NCBI RefSeq assembly: GCF_009834535.1 | Contig: NC_045724.1 | Location: 23,436,001 to 23,500,000, forward strand | DNA: 64,000 bases | From: Camelus ferus | Taxonomy: Eukaryota | Reading direction: 5' to 3' | Shown: piece by piece, positions 25,851-38,373 of the stretch | Layout: each line of letters opens with the position of its first letter | Numbering within the stretch: the first letter of the stretch is position 1 | Notes under the pieces: model-generated | Database searches by the model: none | What the model was told of the DNA's origin: nothing | The model's input: only the letters and a program-made list of their open reading frames with translations | Position numbers and translations under genes: made by a program

Positions 25851-28800
25851 AAGGTTAGAACTGTTTTGAACCATGATAGCATCATTATCTGAAGTGTGGG
25901 GCCCTTAAGTGTGACTACTTAAAATAATAGAGTGCATTTGAGTTAATAAGTTTAGAGTGAATTTACACTGAATTGTAGCCAGACCCTTGACAGCAGAGGG
26001 AGACTGCTGTTACCGTGCGAGTCGTGGCACTGGGCCTTGGACTAGGTCAGCCTTTACAAAGACAGGATCAAGACACATGCGTAGTATTAATTATTGAACA
26101 TTTCAGTTATCAAAGTTAACACTAGAGACATGATAGACAGGTCTTCCCCACATAAATACGTTTGTAGGACAAAAAAAGAGAACGTACATTCAGTTCCCGA
26201 ATGGAGCGCAGATTCCAAGTGGTGGGTGTGGCTTTCTGCTAGTGGGGATTCTCTCTCGCCCCGTCCAGTGGCCTCCAAGCAGCCACTCCGAGCCCCAATC
26301 ATATTTCCCTCCATGCCATTCAGATCTGCAGCAGTGTTTACCACTCAAGTTCAAGTGACGGGAGCCGACCAAGAGGGGTTTCTCTTTTGTGGTTCAGCTC
26401 TGTGTGCTCCCAGGTTGTAACACACATTCGTTCAAAGACCTGACAGCGTTGTTTCCTTTTCTCTGGGTGTTGATGGGCTGAGCTACTTTTCCTGGCCCTG
26501 TGCTCAGCACCAGTTCCATTCAGCCTGGCTCAGCAGGGAGGCGGACCGCCTTAGCCGATCTCACATTTCCATGGTCAGCCTTGAAGCTGGAAGAGAAATA
26601 AACACATGCTCCCTCTCCCGTGTCTGCTGACCTTCTCCCTTGAGGATGGGAGGATGCACAGTGAGCGTCGGAGCGCACCTTGATGTTTTTATTGGATACA
26701 AGTCACTCCGCGTGTGAACGGCGGTGATGCATGTGCTCAGCCACGTTCCCGCCTTTCACACTCTGCTGTAGCTTTCAAAATGCATTGCTCTGCGTGAAAC
26801 AGCAAGTCTTTGGCTTCACTGACCAGACTTAAGTTATTTCTTTCATTACCGGAAAAAAAAAGACTTTGAGTCTTATACTGAGCCAAGCAATACAAAAATG
26901 GATATTTTATTTTGAGGATATTACTCTGTCTTATAATGATTTATTATCTTCTAAGAAATGTCAAATTGACTCTGTTACAAACATTTCCATTTTTAGCTCC
27001 TAAAAAAAAAAAAAACACAAAGTATCCAATATTCCTTCAGAAAACACCCAGAAATGTAAGGCTTTCCCTTTTCCAGGAGATACAGTGTGGTACTGTTTCA
27101 TGAATCCCATGAGGTCCCTCTCCTCCGCCAGCAGCAGTTTTCTGGTTTTCTTCTAATGGTTTCCCTAAAAAGATCCCATTTCCTGCACCAGAGCCAATGA
27201 CCGATTTTACACTTCACAGTCTATCTTTGATTTTCCTTGTGTTCGCGGTTTGGGACCCTACTGTTGCTCCTTTTTGCTCATCGTGCCCTCTGTTCAGATG
27301 GTGTTGGATGTCTGCTTTCAGTTTTTAAATAGAAGAAATAATAACTACCTAGTTTGAAAAGCTCTTTGGGATTATGGGTTTGGGTAATATCCTCTGAAAA
27401 CAATTTTTAAAAACTGTAGTAGAAGATTATAAGTGACTTTTTATGTGATTGCCTCCCCCGGTGCTTTGAAATAAAAACACGAGAAAGAGTATAAAGCACT
27501 TGGTCAGAAAGGCTAATCCTGAGTTGATGCCATTTACATTTAGATTTAAATAAGTCGGCCTATTTATTCCTTCAAACTTTGCTTCAGATTTTAAAATGAG
27601 AATATGTGGAAATTAAACATCCCAGGATGCGTAGATACATTTGAAAAGTCACAATGCCTACACTCAGTTGACTTCAAAGAGTAATAACTGTGATCAGTGT
27701 AAGGGGTAAGGAAGTACAGTTAGTTATTTTTAATAAAACAATGTTATTACAACAATTATTAATAAGTTTCACCTAATATGAGGTCCAGTTGAGGTGAACT
27801 GGGCTCTTGAGTGTAATAATGCAAATACTGTGCCTTCAAGAACGTGGGCTGTGCACATAAGCCACAAATCATCATAGATCTGATCCCCCAGGTACCATGA
27901 GTGATGGAGTATAGAACAGTATGTCTTAGTGGAAAACTCTTCTACCAGGAATCCAGACCTTGATCCTATTCCTGAGTGGACTGCATGACCCATCAAAAGT
28001 CTGTTTCTTCAGTCATAGCATGAAGGGTTCAGATACAATGCCTCCAGGGACCTTCCCAAGACCGAAATCCTAGGGCTCTGTGCACCCTGATTCTCCTTCA
28101 AACAGTAGGTTGACCTACACCCAAGACAAGGGGTGCATTCTAAGAATGCTGCATCAGCACGAGGCCTGCTGAGATCCCGGAAGCAGCTGCTGGACAGGGT
28201 GTGGTTGGGCGGAGCTGTAAAACCTGCAGGGATGACATTAACCTGATTTGGGGGGGGGGGGGGCGGCTGGGGCACTGGGAGCTCGGCCTGTCCTTCTTCC
28301 TGGGCTCAAGAGTTTGTCCACACACGAGGGGAATGACCAGTCCTGTTCTGACACATTTGTCTTTGATTGATAACTCGGAATTCTTCAGAAAGAGACCATG
28401 AGTTAATCCATAGCCTGGTCTCTTGATTCTTGGTCAATCTCCATGTTTTTTAATTAAACACAAACAGGTTTCAGCATTTAAGTAATGGGGTCTTGGCTAT
28501 TTCTGCACATTTTTTTTTCTTTTTAAGGGCTTCTGCTCCTGTAGCAACCAGTTTTAATCCACTGCAAGACTATAAGTTGTCTCCTTTCAGAAGCCTTCAA
28601 ACCATTCTCTAAAAGCTGAACCTTCCTCCTTTTATTGAGTCACTGCCTTCTCTAGGAAGGTAATCTATATAATCAAGCAAATGTTATTTAATTTTTGTTA
28701 ATTAGACATGTCCTGAGAACTTCTTATGTGCTGGCCTTAAGCTGTAGAGACGAGACACTGAAGAGAACCAGGATGTGTACTGTCTTCTGGTAGCTTGCAG

Positions 28801-29142
28801 CCCCGTGGCATTAGCCCCTTGACAACAAAACCTGCCTGGAGCCGGAGGGCTGCCTTGGGGAGCCCACAGGCTGGAGAGAGCCCAGCCCCGACTGAGGGGA
28901 GCCAAGGGGTAAAAAAAATGCTTCATCAAGTAAAAGGGAAGGGAGGCAGTCTGGACAGAGGTGTGGATGCATGTGATGTGCACTGGGGCGCAAGGGTGGG
29001 CATGGGGAGGCCAGAGACTCGTAGCAAAATCACCATGGTGTGAGATAGAGATCATCTCTTTATGTATCTCCACACTGTAGATCCTGCGGAAAGAAGCTTT
29101 CAGAGGAGTTGTGAATATCTTGGTCGTATTAGAAGAAGCCAC

Positions 29143-29704
29143 CTATATAGAGTTCAAAGAAACAGAAAACCTGTTGGTTTTGTTTAGATAGATTGATAGG
29201 GAGAGAGAGAGATTTATTCTGAGGAGTTGGCTCATGTGATTATGGAGGCTGAGAAGTCCCAAGATCTGGAGTNNNNNNNNNNNNNNNNNNNNNNNNNNNN
29301 NNNNNNNNNNNNNNNNNNNNNNNNNNNNNNNNNNNNNNNNNNNNNNNNNNNNNNNNNNNNNNNNNNNNNNNNNNNNNNNNNNNNNNNNNNNNNNNNNNNN
29401 NNNNNNNNNNNNNNNNGTTAGAGTCTAAAGGCAGGAAGACTGGTGTCCCAGCTCAGAGGCAGTCAGGCAGGAGGAGTTCCCTCTTACTCTCAGGAGCCAT
29501 CAGCCTTTTTCTTCCATTCAGTCCTTCAACTGATTGGATGAGGCCCACCCACAGTAGGGAGAGCGATCTGCTTTATTCATTTTGCCAATTCAAAGGTTAA
29601 TTTTATCCAAAAAACGCTGTCGTGGGTGTACCTAGAATAATATTTGACCAAATATCTGGGCACCTGTGGCCCGGTCAAGTTGACACATAAAATTTATCAT
29701 CATA
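29143..29704 (-). mobile_element. MLT2 (ERV-L) solo LTR, containing an N gap
   Basis: Contains gatttattctgaggagttggctcatgtgattatggaggctgagaagtcccaagatctg and ccttcaactgattggatgaggcccaccc. It ends with gtcaagttgacacataaaatttatcatcata, the reverse complement of the MLT2 start. Confidence 0.88.
29273..29416. other. Assembly gap (144 N) inside the MLT2
   Basis: N run. Confidence 0.99.
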
Positions 29705-29969
29705 CCACCTCTCAATCTTTTAAGGCTTAATTATAAAGCATCCAGGAATAGTCTACCAGCTTGATTACTAAATTGCCAGCTCACTGGGACTCTTTTGTTT
29801 TTTGAAAGCCTCACAATACTGTAGAGGTTCTATACAGTATCTCAACATCATTGAGATACTGTCATCACTCTGCATTGACACTATATTGATATTATCTTCA
29901 GAATTGATAGCTAACTCGTCATTATGGTTCAGAATATATTCTATATGTTATATGGGGGTTATGGGCGTG

Positions 29970-30135
29970 TGCTAGGCTTCCTGGCTTTGAATCCCAGCCC
30001 TGCCTCTTAGGAGCTGTGTAACTTTGAGAACCTAGCTTTAGTTCTCTGTGCCTTTACAGGTAACGATAATACCTAACTCTTGGTGGTTGTGAAGATTAAG
30101 TCAGTTAATACATATCAGTGAATACATGTAAAGAT
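29970..30135 (+). mobile_element. MIR fragment
   Basis: ctggctttgaatcccagccctgcctcttaggagctgtgtaactttgag ... ggttgtgaagattaagtcagttaatacat. Confidence 0.7.
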
Positions 30136-32121
30136 ACAGGTAGGTTATGAGCACACAGAATATACTAAAAAAAGATAGTTTTCCCTGTAGCCACACATCT
30201 TTTATTGAAATGCTGTTTCAGCCTTGGCTCAGTGTTACTGAAGCATGGGTACTGTTGGAGGAAAGAGTCCTTAGGAGCAAGAACATTGAATAGACTCAAT
30301 TAGCATACGCTTTGGATAGACTAAAACCAAAACTTCAAAGCCTTCGTTGGCTGAAGAATGACACCAGATTTAGAAAATGAGTAAGAGAAGATGAAATAGA
30401 AAGTAACACATTTATAGGATATGCATAGGCAGTGGAGGATTTGATTCACTTCACTACTTCTGTTCAGTTTAGAACAGTCAGAGAAACTGTCCATATTTTA
30501 AATGGTTCTTTGGCATCTTAACATTAAAAACATTTATAAACAAACCAACAGTGGGTGGGGGTGGAGAAATGCTAAACGCTGCTCTGTGTCAGGTTTTGAG
30601 CTGGTCGGCGTGCTAGGCAGACTGATTGGGCCTCGACTATCTTTGGGCTGAAGGCACTCACCTAACTGATGGAAAAGCAACCTTGGGTAAGTCACTGGGA
30701 CTCAGGGCTTCTAAGTCAGAGGACAGAGCAGCCAGCATGTTCAGCTCTTCTTTTCTGGGTGTGCGATTTCTGATCTGTCCTAACAACCACATCATTCAAT
30801 AAGTGATTTCAGACCTGGTTAGATAAGTTTGTTCACATAACATGAAATATATCTGCAGGATGAAGGGGTGAGGAAATCCTTTGTTTCTCTGAACTGAGCT
30901 TAACGAGAGCTTCCGTGTCCTTTGGGAGGGCTCTACTTGTGTGTCTCGTGTTTATACAAATCTTGGGGGCACCCTCTGTGGCTGACCACAGTTCAGAGCC
31001 AGTTCGCAAGCTTGGATGTGTCCCTAGCATTTGTCCAGCCCTCTTACGCTAGCAGCTCACCGATGGTGGAACCACATCCACCATGACCATGCATAGTTTT
31101 TCTGATGGTAGATAAAGTGTGTCCATAGGACTGAATTTGTACCTCCATTCATAACACTACCCTGTCCTGAAAAGAAACTTTTCAAGATTTGCAAGTTCCC
31201 AGGTCTGAAATGAGTCCAGCAATGAAAGTATATTCAGACTTGGCTCTTTGAAGCTGGCTTTATTAGTCCATTTGATTATTTCCCTGGGAAAGTTCTTCCT
31301 CTCACGACAAGGGGAATGCTCTGCCTGTTTATCAAGTGACTAAAGATAGCCGAGGATTAAGTCTGAATGGAGTGATCACCGCTTTCAAACACCCGAATCA
31401 TGAAAAGCTGTTGTTCATGTTGCTATTGTTGTTGCCTGAGCTGCTCCCAGTTCTGCGCTCGTCCTGCCCCCATGAATTCCCTCCTCCCTTCTTGTTCCTA
31501 ACTGGTAAACTGGTATATGGATTTCTATGCATTTATAACACTTACATGAATTCTGCCTTTGAAGGACTGCGGAGGGGGGAGTCCAGTCATCGGGCCTGCA
31601 CATTTTTATTGTTACGCGTTGTTGTTACCATCCTTAGCCGTGCTTGTCGTGGCACGTGCTCTTTTCAAATATGATGATAAAGTTAAAAAAAATTTTTAAT
31701 CATAAGGCGATTGTGATGAAGCCAGTTTTGGTCTGTTACGAAAAGTCTGCACTTTTTCATCTCTGAGAGCCAACTTAGAATGCACTGAGCTGTGCCTTAG
31801 TGTGTCTTCCGTTATCCTTTTCGTTCAGAAATCATGCCATCCATTTAATACTTCATTACAGCCGAACTGCAGTACGTATTCATGGTTCCCAAAATGAGCC
31901 ATTTTGTTTTACAACAGATTGCGGAGGAAAGGAAGCCATTCATTTCTTGCTTGCTTGCTGTCATTACTAGAGCACTAATTACTCCAAATCACTGACATCC
32001 AGGGTCAGGAAGGATGACAACAGAAATGTCAGAGAATAGACGGGCTCTCTTGCTGGGACACATCTTTTGTATTTCCAACCATGGTATTTTTTTTTTTTTT
32101 TTAATGGCTACTGTTTTCCAG

Positions 32122-32133
32122 TTTGATGGTGAA
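32122..32133 (+). CDS. TOX: Start of TOX coding exon 2 (FDGE...); the remainder is unresolved in A-rich sequence and an N gap
   Basis: A T16 tract and ctgttttccAG acceptor (AG at 32120-32121) are followed by TTT GAT GGT GAA = FDGE. This matches the start of the TOX exon-2 peptide FDGENMYMSMTEPSQDYVPASQ as recalled. It lies about 18 kb upstream of exon 3, similar to the roughly 20 kb human spacing I recall. The end coordinate marks only the codons I can read. Confidence 0.75.
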
Positions 32134-32162
32134 AAAAAAAAAAAAACCAACAACAAACATGC

Positions 32163-32342
32163 NNNNNNNNNNNNNNNNNNNNNNNNNNNNNNNNNNNNNN
32201 NNNNNNNNNNNNNNNNNNNNNNNNNNNNNNNNNNNNNNNNNNNNNNNNNNNNNNNNNNNNNNNNNNNNNNNNNNNNNNNNNNNNNNNNNNNNNNNNNNNN
32301 NNNNNNNNNNNNNNNNNNNNNNNNNNNNNNNNNNNNNNNNNN
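32163..32342. other. Assembly gap (180 N) overlapping the expected TOX exon 2
   Basis: N run. Confidence 0.99.
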
Positions 32343-32752
32343 TGAGTAGCGCTATCAGTAACTGCCGCAATCAGGAATAATCATAATTTATAAACAAAGC
32401 GTTTAAGCCTTGTTTCCAGTTAATGAGATCGAGCTGATAAAACACCGGAGTTGGCATTTGTTGAAAGATAATACCTTGTTTCCTCTCCAGAATGGCAAAC
32501 AGCTGTTTTGCCAGCATGATCTTTCCTAAACAGTTGTTTTACCTTTAGGAAATAAAGTCTTTACAGGTGCAGGTTATTCGAGCTTCTGACTATAGACGAG
32601 TTAATCATTATAAGCTACGCTTGTCACAGATAGCTTTCATGATCCGCCATTCGGGCAGTTTTCAGTAAAGCGTGACACTGACCCCCAAAATCACGTGGCC
32701 AGTGAGCGCTCTGCGGCTGTTTTCGAGCCAAAGTGCGTGATGTGATGCAACC

Positions 32753-32998
32753 TTTTTTTTTTTTTTTTGAATTTTATTTTTTATTGAAGTGTAGTTGATT
32801 TACAGTGTTAGTTTCAGGTGTACAGAAAAGTGATTCAGTTATATCTATACATAAATATATATACCTATATTTTCAGATTCTTTTCCATTATAGCTCATTA
32901 CAAGAAATTGAATATAGTTCCCTGTGCTCCACAGTAGGTCCTTGTTGCTTATCTATTACATTTACTGGTCTGTGTCTGTCAATCCCAAACTCCTAATT
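32753..32998 (-). mobile_element. 5'-truncated, relatively young cetartiodactyl-type L1 3' end with poly-A tail (poly-T on +)
   Basis: Reads T-run, then attgaagtgtagttgatttacagtgttagtttcaggtgtacagaaaagtgattcagtta ... tagttccctgtgctccacagtaggtccttgttg ... atcccaaactcctaattt. Probable target-site duplication: tgtgatgcaaccttt (32741) and tgtgatggaaaccttt (32999). Confidence 0.85.
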
Positions 32999-33835
32999 TG
33001 TGATGGAAACCTTTGAAGGGCGCATTTGTGTGCATTTCACTGGGAATGGCTGACAAGATATTTAATCATGAGAAGTGACAGCCAAAGTCCAATGAAAATG
33101 TAAATGGTTACATTTATAGAACTGAATACTTGGCTATTTATTTTTAGATACTTAAGACCGGGCCCTTTGATCCAGAGAGGGCGTTTGAAGCAAAATGATA
33201 GCTGCCCTGGGGGCGGGAGGGGGGCCCTGTAACAGGATACGTAAGATCATTGTGAGCAAAAATAAATAAATAAATAAGTGAGAGTGAGGGAGAGTTCACA
33301 AGAGCACTTTGTGGACGTGAACGTGTTTTTTTGTAGAAGAGTTAAACCACGGTAGCTTGGAGTTTCGCGTGTCAGTAACTATGGCTGTGAGCTCCAGCAC
33401 AGCGGTTTTCAGGGCCTACATTGCCCAAATAGATTTGATAACTGGGAGGGGTGAGGGAGTAGGGAACAAAAATAAAACAATTTTTCTTTATGGTGGTTGT
33501 CAGTGAATTAAATCTAATGTATCTGTCAGGGGTGCACTTTATGGGGCTTTGAAATTTCTCTAAGAACAAAATGTCTCAGGCTTAACTCAAAACAGAAGCA
33601 GGCCTGCCTCTCTGTGAACTTTGCATTTAGAAGGCATTTCATGATCGTTGCCTTCTCTGGCAGACATTCTGGAAACTACGCTATATTGTTCAGACGAGAA
33701 GGTCATCATTGAGTTCAAAGATCCGGACCACGTTTCCTTCCATTCAGCTGAATACCTTTGGAAGGCTAGCTTTACATTTAGAATTCTTACTTAACTGAAT
33801 TCATTCAGCGAAGTAGCCTCCAAGATCCGTAGGTA

Positions 33836-34047
33836 NNNNNNNNNNNNNNNNNNNNNNNNNNNNNNNNNNNNNNNNNNNNNNNNNNNNNNNNNNNNNNNNN
33901 NNNNNNNNNNNNNNNNNNNNNNNNNNNNNNNNNNNNNNNNNNNNNNNNNNNNNNNNNNNNNNNNNNNNNNNNNNNNNNNNNNNNNNNNNNNNNNNNNNNN
34001 NNNNNNNNNNNNNNNNNNNNNNNNNNNNNNNNNNNNNNNNNNNNNNN
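33836..34047. other. Assembly gap (212 N)
   Basis: N run. Confidence 0.99.
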
Positions 34048-36499
34048 GTTATAAAGCAGCTGCTCCCTTTCGGAGAATCATTATGTCCGTCTTAAAGACT
34101 TTTGGATAAAGGATTGGAAATTCAAAGCATACGCATCATAACAACTTGGCTCCTTCGTTTTGTAAATTCAAATGCAATGGATAATATTAAGCCCTGAGTA
34201 AAATCTAACAACTAAGATTATTTTTCTTAATATCTGAGTCAAGAGTTACTGAGAATGCTTTAAATACCAGTGGTAATTTATGAAGGAGTAAGGCGCTCCA
34301 GATATTTTCTGCGCTTTGTAAAAGATATGGCGGGTTTGTGTGCCAGAAGCGAACTATTTTTTAATAACGTTGCATATAGGAAAATGTTTTTAGAATGTGC
34401 TATTTTAAAAAGTCGCCTGCTATAAGATAATACGTACTCTGGCAGGGAATACACTTCACACACTACGTCAGTTGAATGGCCTTAGCTCAATTTTGTACTT
34501 AACGTTTCTTTTGTTTGCTGTGATATATAGCATGTTCAAGAATTCATCACCTGGTATTCTTTTAGGGGAATTTTAATCAGTTTACCCCTTTTGGCAGCTA
34601 TAAATAAGATTTTAGTCATCCTGCAGGGAAAAAAATCGTCTTGTTCCTTTCCCTCCCTGCCATCAAACATCTGCATAGTTAGTAATCCAAACAACTTGCC
34701 TCTTAGTATCACTCAACGATTATAATTCCTGTTCAATTTTCAAATCAGTACATGCTTTGGGACTTACAGACCGAGTTGCTAAGTAGCAGCATATGGTGCA
34801 CTGCTGCTCCTGTGATGTTGCTGCGAGCAAACAGCATCACTCTAAACTTGAAATGATCTTTCTAGAAAGCCAAGGCTGGCGGGGCTCCAGAACTGGAAGT
34901 GCACTGTAAAAATTAATGATATTCTTTTAGACGGTCCCAGAGGGCTCTCTGGCACTATCTGCTGCATGAATTCTATACCTCTTAAGCGGGTGTGCACAAA
35001 TCCTTAAAATTTTTTCTGCATCTAGCTTTGTAATCAATAGGTGGCTTTTCCATCGAATACACCACCCTGTGATAAGCCTGACGGGTATGTAACAAAAAAC
35101 CCATGACATTTCCACTTCTCCCTGGCTTCGTCCTTAGAATGTTGACTATTTTCTCCTGTAATAGCTCTAAGCGTGCTGGCCACTCAATCCTTTAAACGCC
35201 ATTTAACTTTTTCGTACTCCGGATAAAATTTGCACCACGCAATGCAAGACTTCTTTGTGGGCTAACCGACCCTGTGTTGCTTGGACCTCATGAACTTGTT
35301 GGTTCCCTTCTGTATAGTTTGGGGGGAAAAGTGTATGGGCTGGTGGAAGGGAAGCCAGACATGAACAGGGACCACAGACCATCACAAACTCACTCTTTCC
35401 CCATTCCTAACCCTAAAATTTGGTTGACCAGCACGCCAGAGGCCACAACAAGGCGCCAGAGGGGACCGGCTGCCCACTGGAGCTCTGCCTCTTCTCCAGA
35501 ATCACCCAGGCCCATGCAGACACTCATGCTCAGAGAGCCTTCTCTTTCCCTGAAAAACTCAAGCTCCTTTTCTCCAGCCCTTACCATTCTAGTACCTTCT
35601 GTAATTCCTTGTATGTGATTGATTATACTCAAGATACAAATGTTCATTTGAATTAAACACATCCAAAGAAACAAAAGAGGAGCCTGGTTCTCTTGGTAGG
35701 AACTGGCTAGGGCAGCAAGGTGATTTATTTATTTTAGTTTCCTTTTCCTCGTTCTTGTTCTTCTGCAGTAGTTTCAGGAATATTTTCCGTGGTGACCTAT
35801 TCATTCAACACTTCCCACCCACACAGGTGACCTTCTCCCCAGTTCTCCAGGTGTAGGGTCCCCTCACTTCTCACGTGCGCCTCAGTCCAGGTGCTGTGTG
35901 GGACATGTTGAGAAGGACTGGGCTTTTCCCACAAGAAGGAATCACCTGACCAGGAGAATCAGAAGATATTGCTGGTGTCAGATCATATGGAGGAGCTTCG
36001 GTTGCTTGGTTGAACCATGGTTTCAGTAAATCACTTACTCTTGGATCTTGGCCTCAGCTCCGCTAGACCATTTCTTTCTGTTTGTTTTTCCTCCCAGCTC
36101 CCTTGCTTCCTTCCCTTCTTCCTTTCTTCTTACAGTCCCTCCTTCCTCCTTCCTTCCATGAACAGTTATCCTTTAAGCTTGAACTAGTTTTTGTTGTTCA
36201 TTCTGAGCATCATGGTAAACCCTACGTGTTAAGTGTCCTGACCTAATGTTTCAGATTATTTTCAAGTCATGATCAGCTTTCTCTCAGCTTCTGTTTTCTT
36301 CCCCCACTGGAATTCTCTCTTACCTGGTCCCTCAAATCTCAAGATTTGAAGATTAGAAACAGTGATAAACTAGAGCAGTGTTAGTTTCCCCAGGCTCCTG
36401 CAGCTGAGCATGTAACACGTGTTCCATGCCATCCGTCTTGAGTGGAGGAGCTGAACAGTGTCTGCATGTCTAGGGCCGCTCACGTGTGCGGGTTTCAGG

Positions 36500-36770
36500 T
36501 CTGACTTCTAACCCCCAGGCGCCTGTCCCAACAGCAGCTCAGGCTCAACATATCCATTCGTCAAATCGAAATTCATCACCTCCAGCCTACTCCCTCACCC
36601 CCTAAACTTCTTGTTTTCCTGTGTTGCCTGGAGTCGTGAGCGTTGCCACCGCCCACCCTGTCACCCAGGACAGAAACTTGGAGCGTCTCCCCAGTGCTCT
36701 CAGCCCTGAGTTAATCCAGGGGCGCTGATTCTGTTCTCTGCATTGCTTGTCGGTGTGTCTCCTCTTGTCC
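36500..36770 (+). mobile_element. L2 fragment
   Basis: cagctcaggctcaacatatcc..tcaaatcgaaattcatcacc ... ccaccgcccaccctgtcacccaggacagaaacttggagcgtc. Confidence 0.6.
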
Positions 36771-37943
36771 TTCTGCACATTCCTGCCTAGTGCTGGACCT
36801 CCCAGGTTCTCGCTAACTCTGCTCTTGTCACCTCACTTCCACCTTTCCCTCTCTCCTCTCGTGGTTGCTCAGTGACCCAGGTTTCTTCCTGCCTGCACAC
36901 CTCCTGTCCAGCGCCTCCCCCGGGTCTGGCTGGCGTTTCGGAGGCACGTCTTTGCCCTGCTGTGGCAGGTAGCAGTGCCCCCCTGACTGTGGTAGGACTT
37001 TTCTTTCTCTCTGGATCTCCTGTGCTGGAGTGATGTCTGACCCATCAGAAGTACGTGGCATCGTTTGTTGAAAGATGTTAGGGTGACTCGTGTACATGTT
37101 CTAATCGCATTCATGCTCTGTCGCCTACTTGCAGTGGTTTTCAGCCCTGCAGTTCAGACATTCAGCATTGCCCTTCCATTCCAGGAGCACTGCCCGCCCC
37201 CCACCATCCCAGTGTCAACACCACCACAACACATTCACAAAAGGCACCAGCACGTCCGTCTCCTCAGACAATTATTTCAAGTCCGAGCCTCAAAGAATTA
37301 ATGTGATAATAGATTAAATAGTAGCAGGCAGTTATTCTTACAATAACATCGTATTGCTCTTTATCAAAGACAATGCAGTGGCAGCAGAAACAACAGCTCT
37401 TTCCAAGTTCTTTTTTGTACAATATTCTCTTAAATCGACTGTTAGAATTGTAATATTTTGAGATTTCCAAACATATTAATAACTATATATTTTTAATTAC
37501 ATGTTTTCCTAAGGAGAAAACTCTCAAAGTTAGATGGTCAATGAGGTATGACAGCAGGGGCCTAGAAGGTGTCATATTTCCTAAGAGCACTTCTGAAAAA
37601 AGATTCTCTTGACTATAGGCCATAAAATTTCCATGATCATGACATAAATTTGAACTATAAATTAGACCAATTACTTTCAGATTGGTTCCTTTTGGCAGAA
37701 ATTTCAGGAGTCAGGTCAACTTGACTTTTTGACCATTCACCCAATAAAGGAACAAAGCTGCCAGGCTTTGAGTAATCTAGTTAGTCCAGCGAAGTCTGGC
37801 ATCTTAACGAGCCCAAACTAGTTACTCAAACCAGTCTTCAGTGCAGCGTTCAAATGATCACGGCGCGCAGTCCCCGAGGTATTCATTACAGACAAAATCG
37901 CGCTTGTTGCGTTGCATACAAGCTGGGTTTTCAATGGGAAATG

Positions 37944-38099
37944 NNNNNNNNNNNNNNNNNNNNNNNNNNNNNNNNNNNNNNNNNNNNNNNNNNNNNNNNN
38001 NNNNNNNNNNNNNNNNNNNNNNNNNNNNNNNNNNNNNNNNNNNNNNNNNNNNNNNNNNNNNNNNNNNNNNNNNNNNNNNNNNNNNNNNNNNNNNNNNNN
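37944..38099. other. Assembly gap (156 N)
   Basis: N run. Confidence 0.99.
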
Positions 38100-38328
38100 A
38101 AGTCTGTTTTTCAGAATTATATCTTGAAATAGCTCACATATTTCTTACAGTTTATAAAAATGTCTTAATAGCTGTACGGATACCGAACACCGGCACCATA
38201 CAAGCCTATATCTTAGGGCCCTCGATCATGAAACACGCATTAGTCTTTCTGCAAATTTTCTTGATCATTTCCATTTTGGTTGATATAGTTGAACTTTAGA
38301 TGATTTTTTTTTATCCACCCAGTCATTA

Positions 38329-38331
<3 letters not shown>

Positions 38332-38373
<42 letters not shown>
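38332..38373. repeat. (TTA)14 microsatellite
   Basis: Read directly; a degenerate ttattg unit precedes it. Confidence 0.95.

Noticed and set aside
28250-28280. G14 run plus nearby G-tracts (possible G-quadruplex)
   Set aside because: A homopolymer far from any exon, with unreliable length in this assembly and no functional context.
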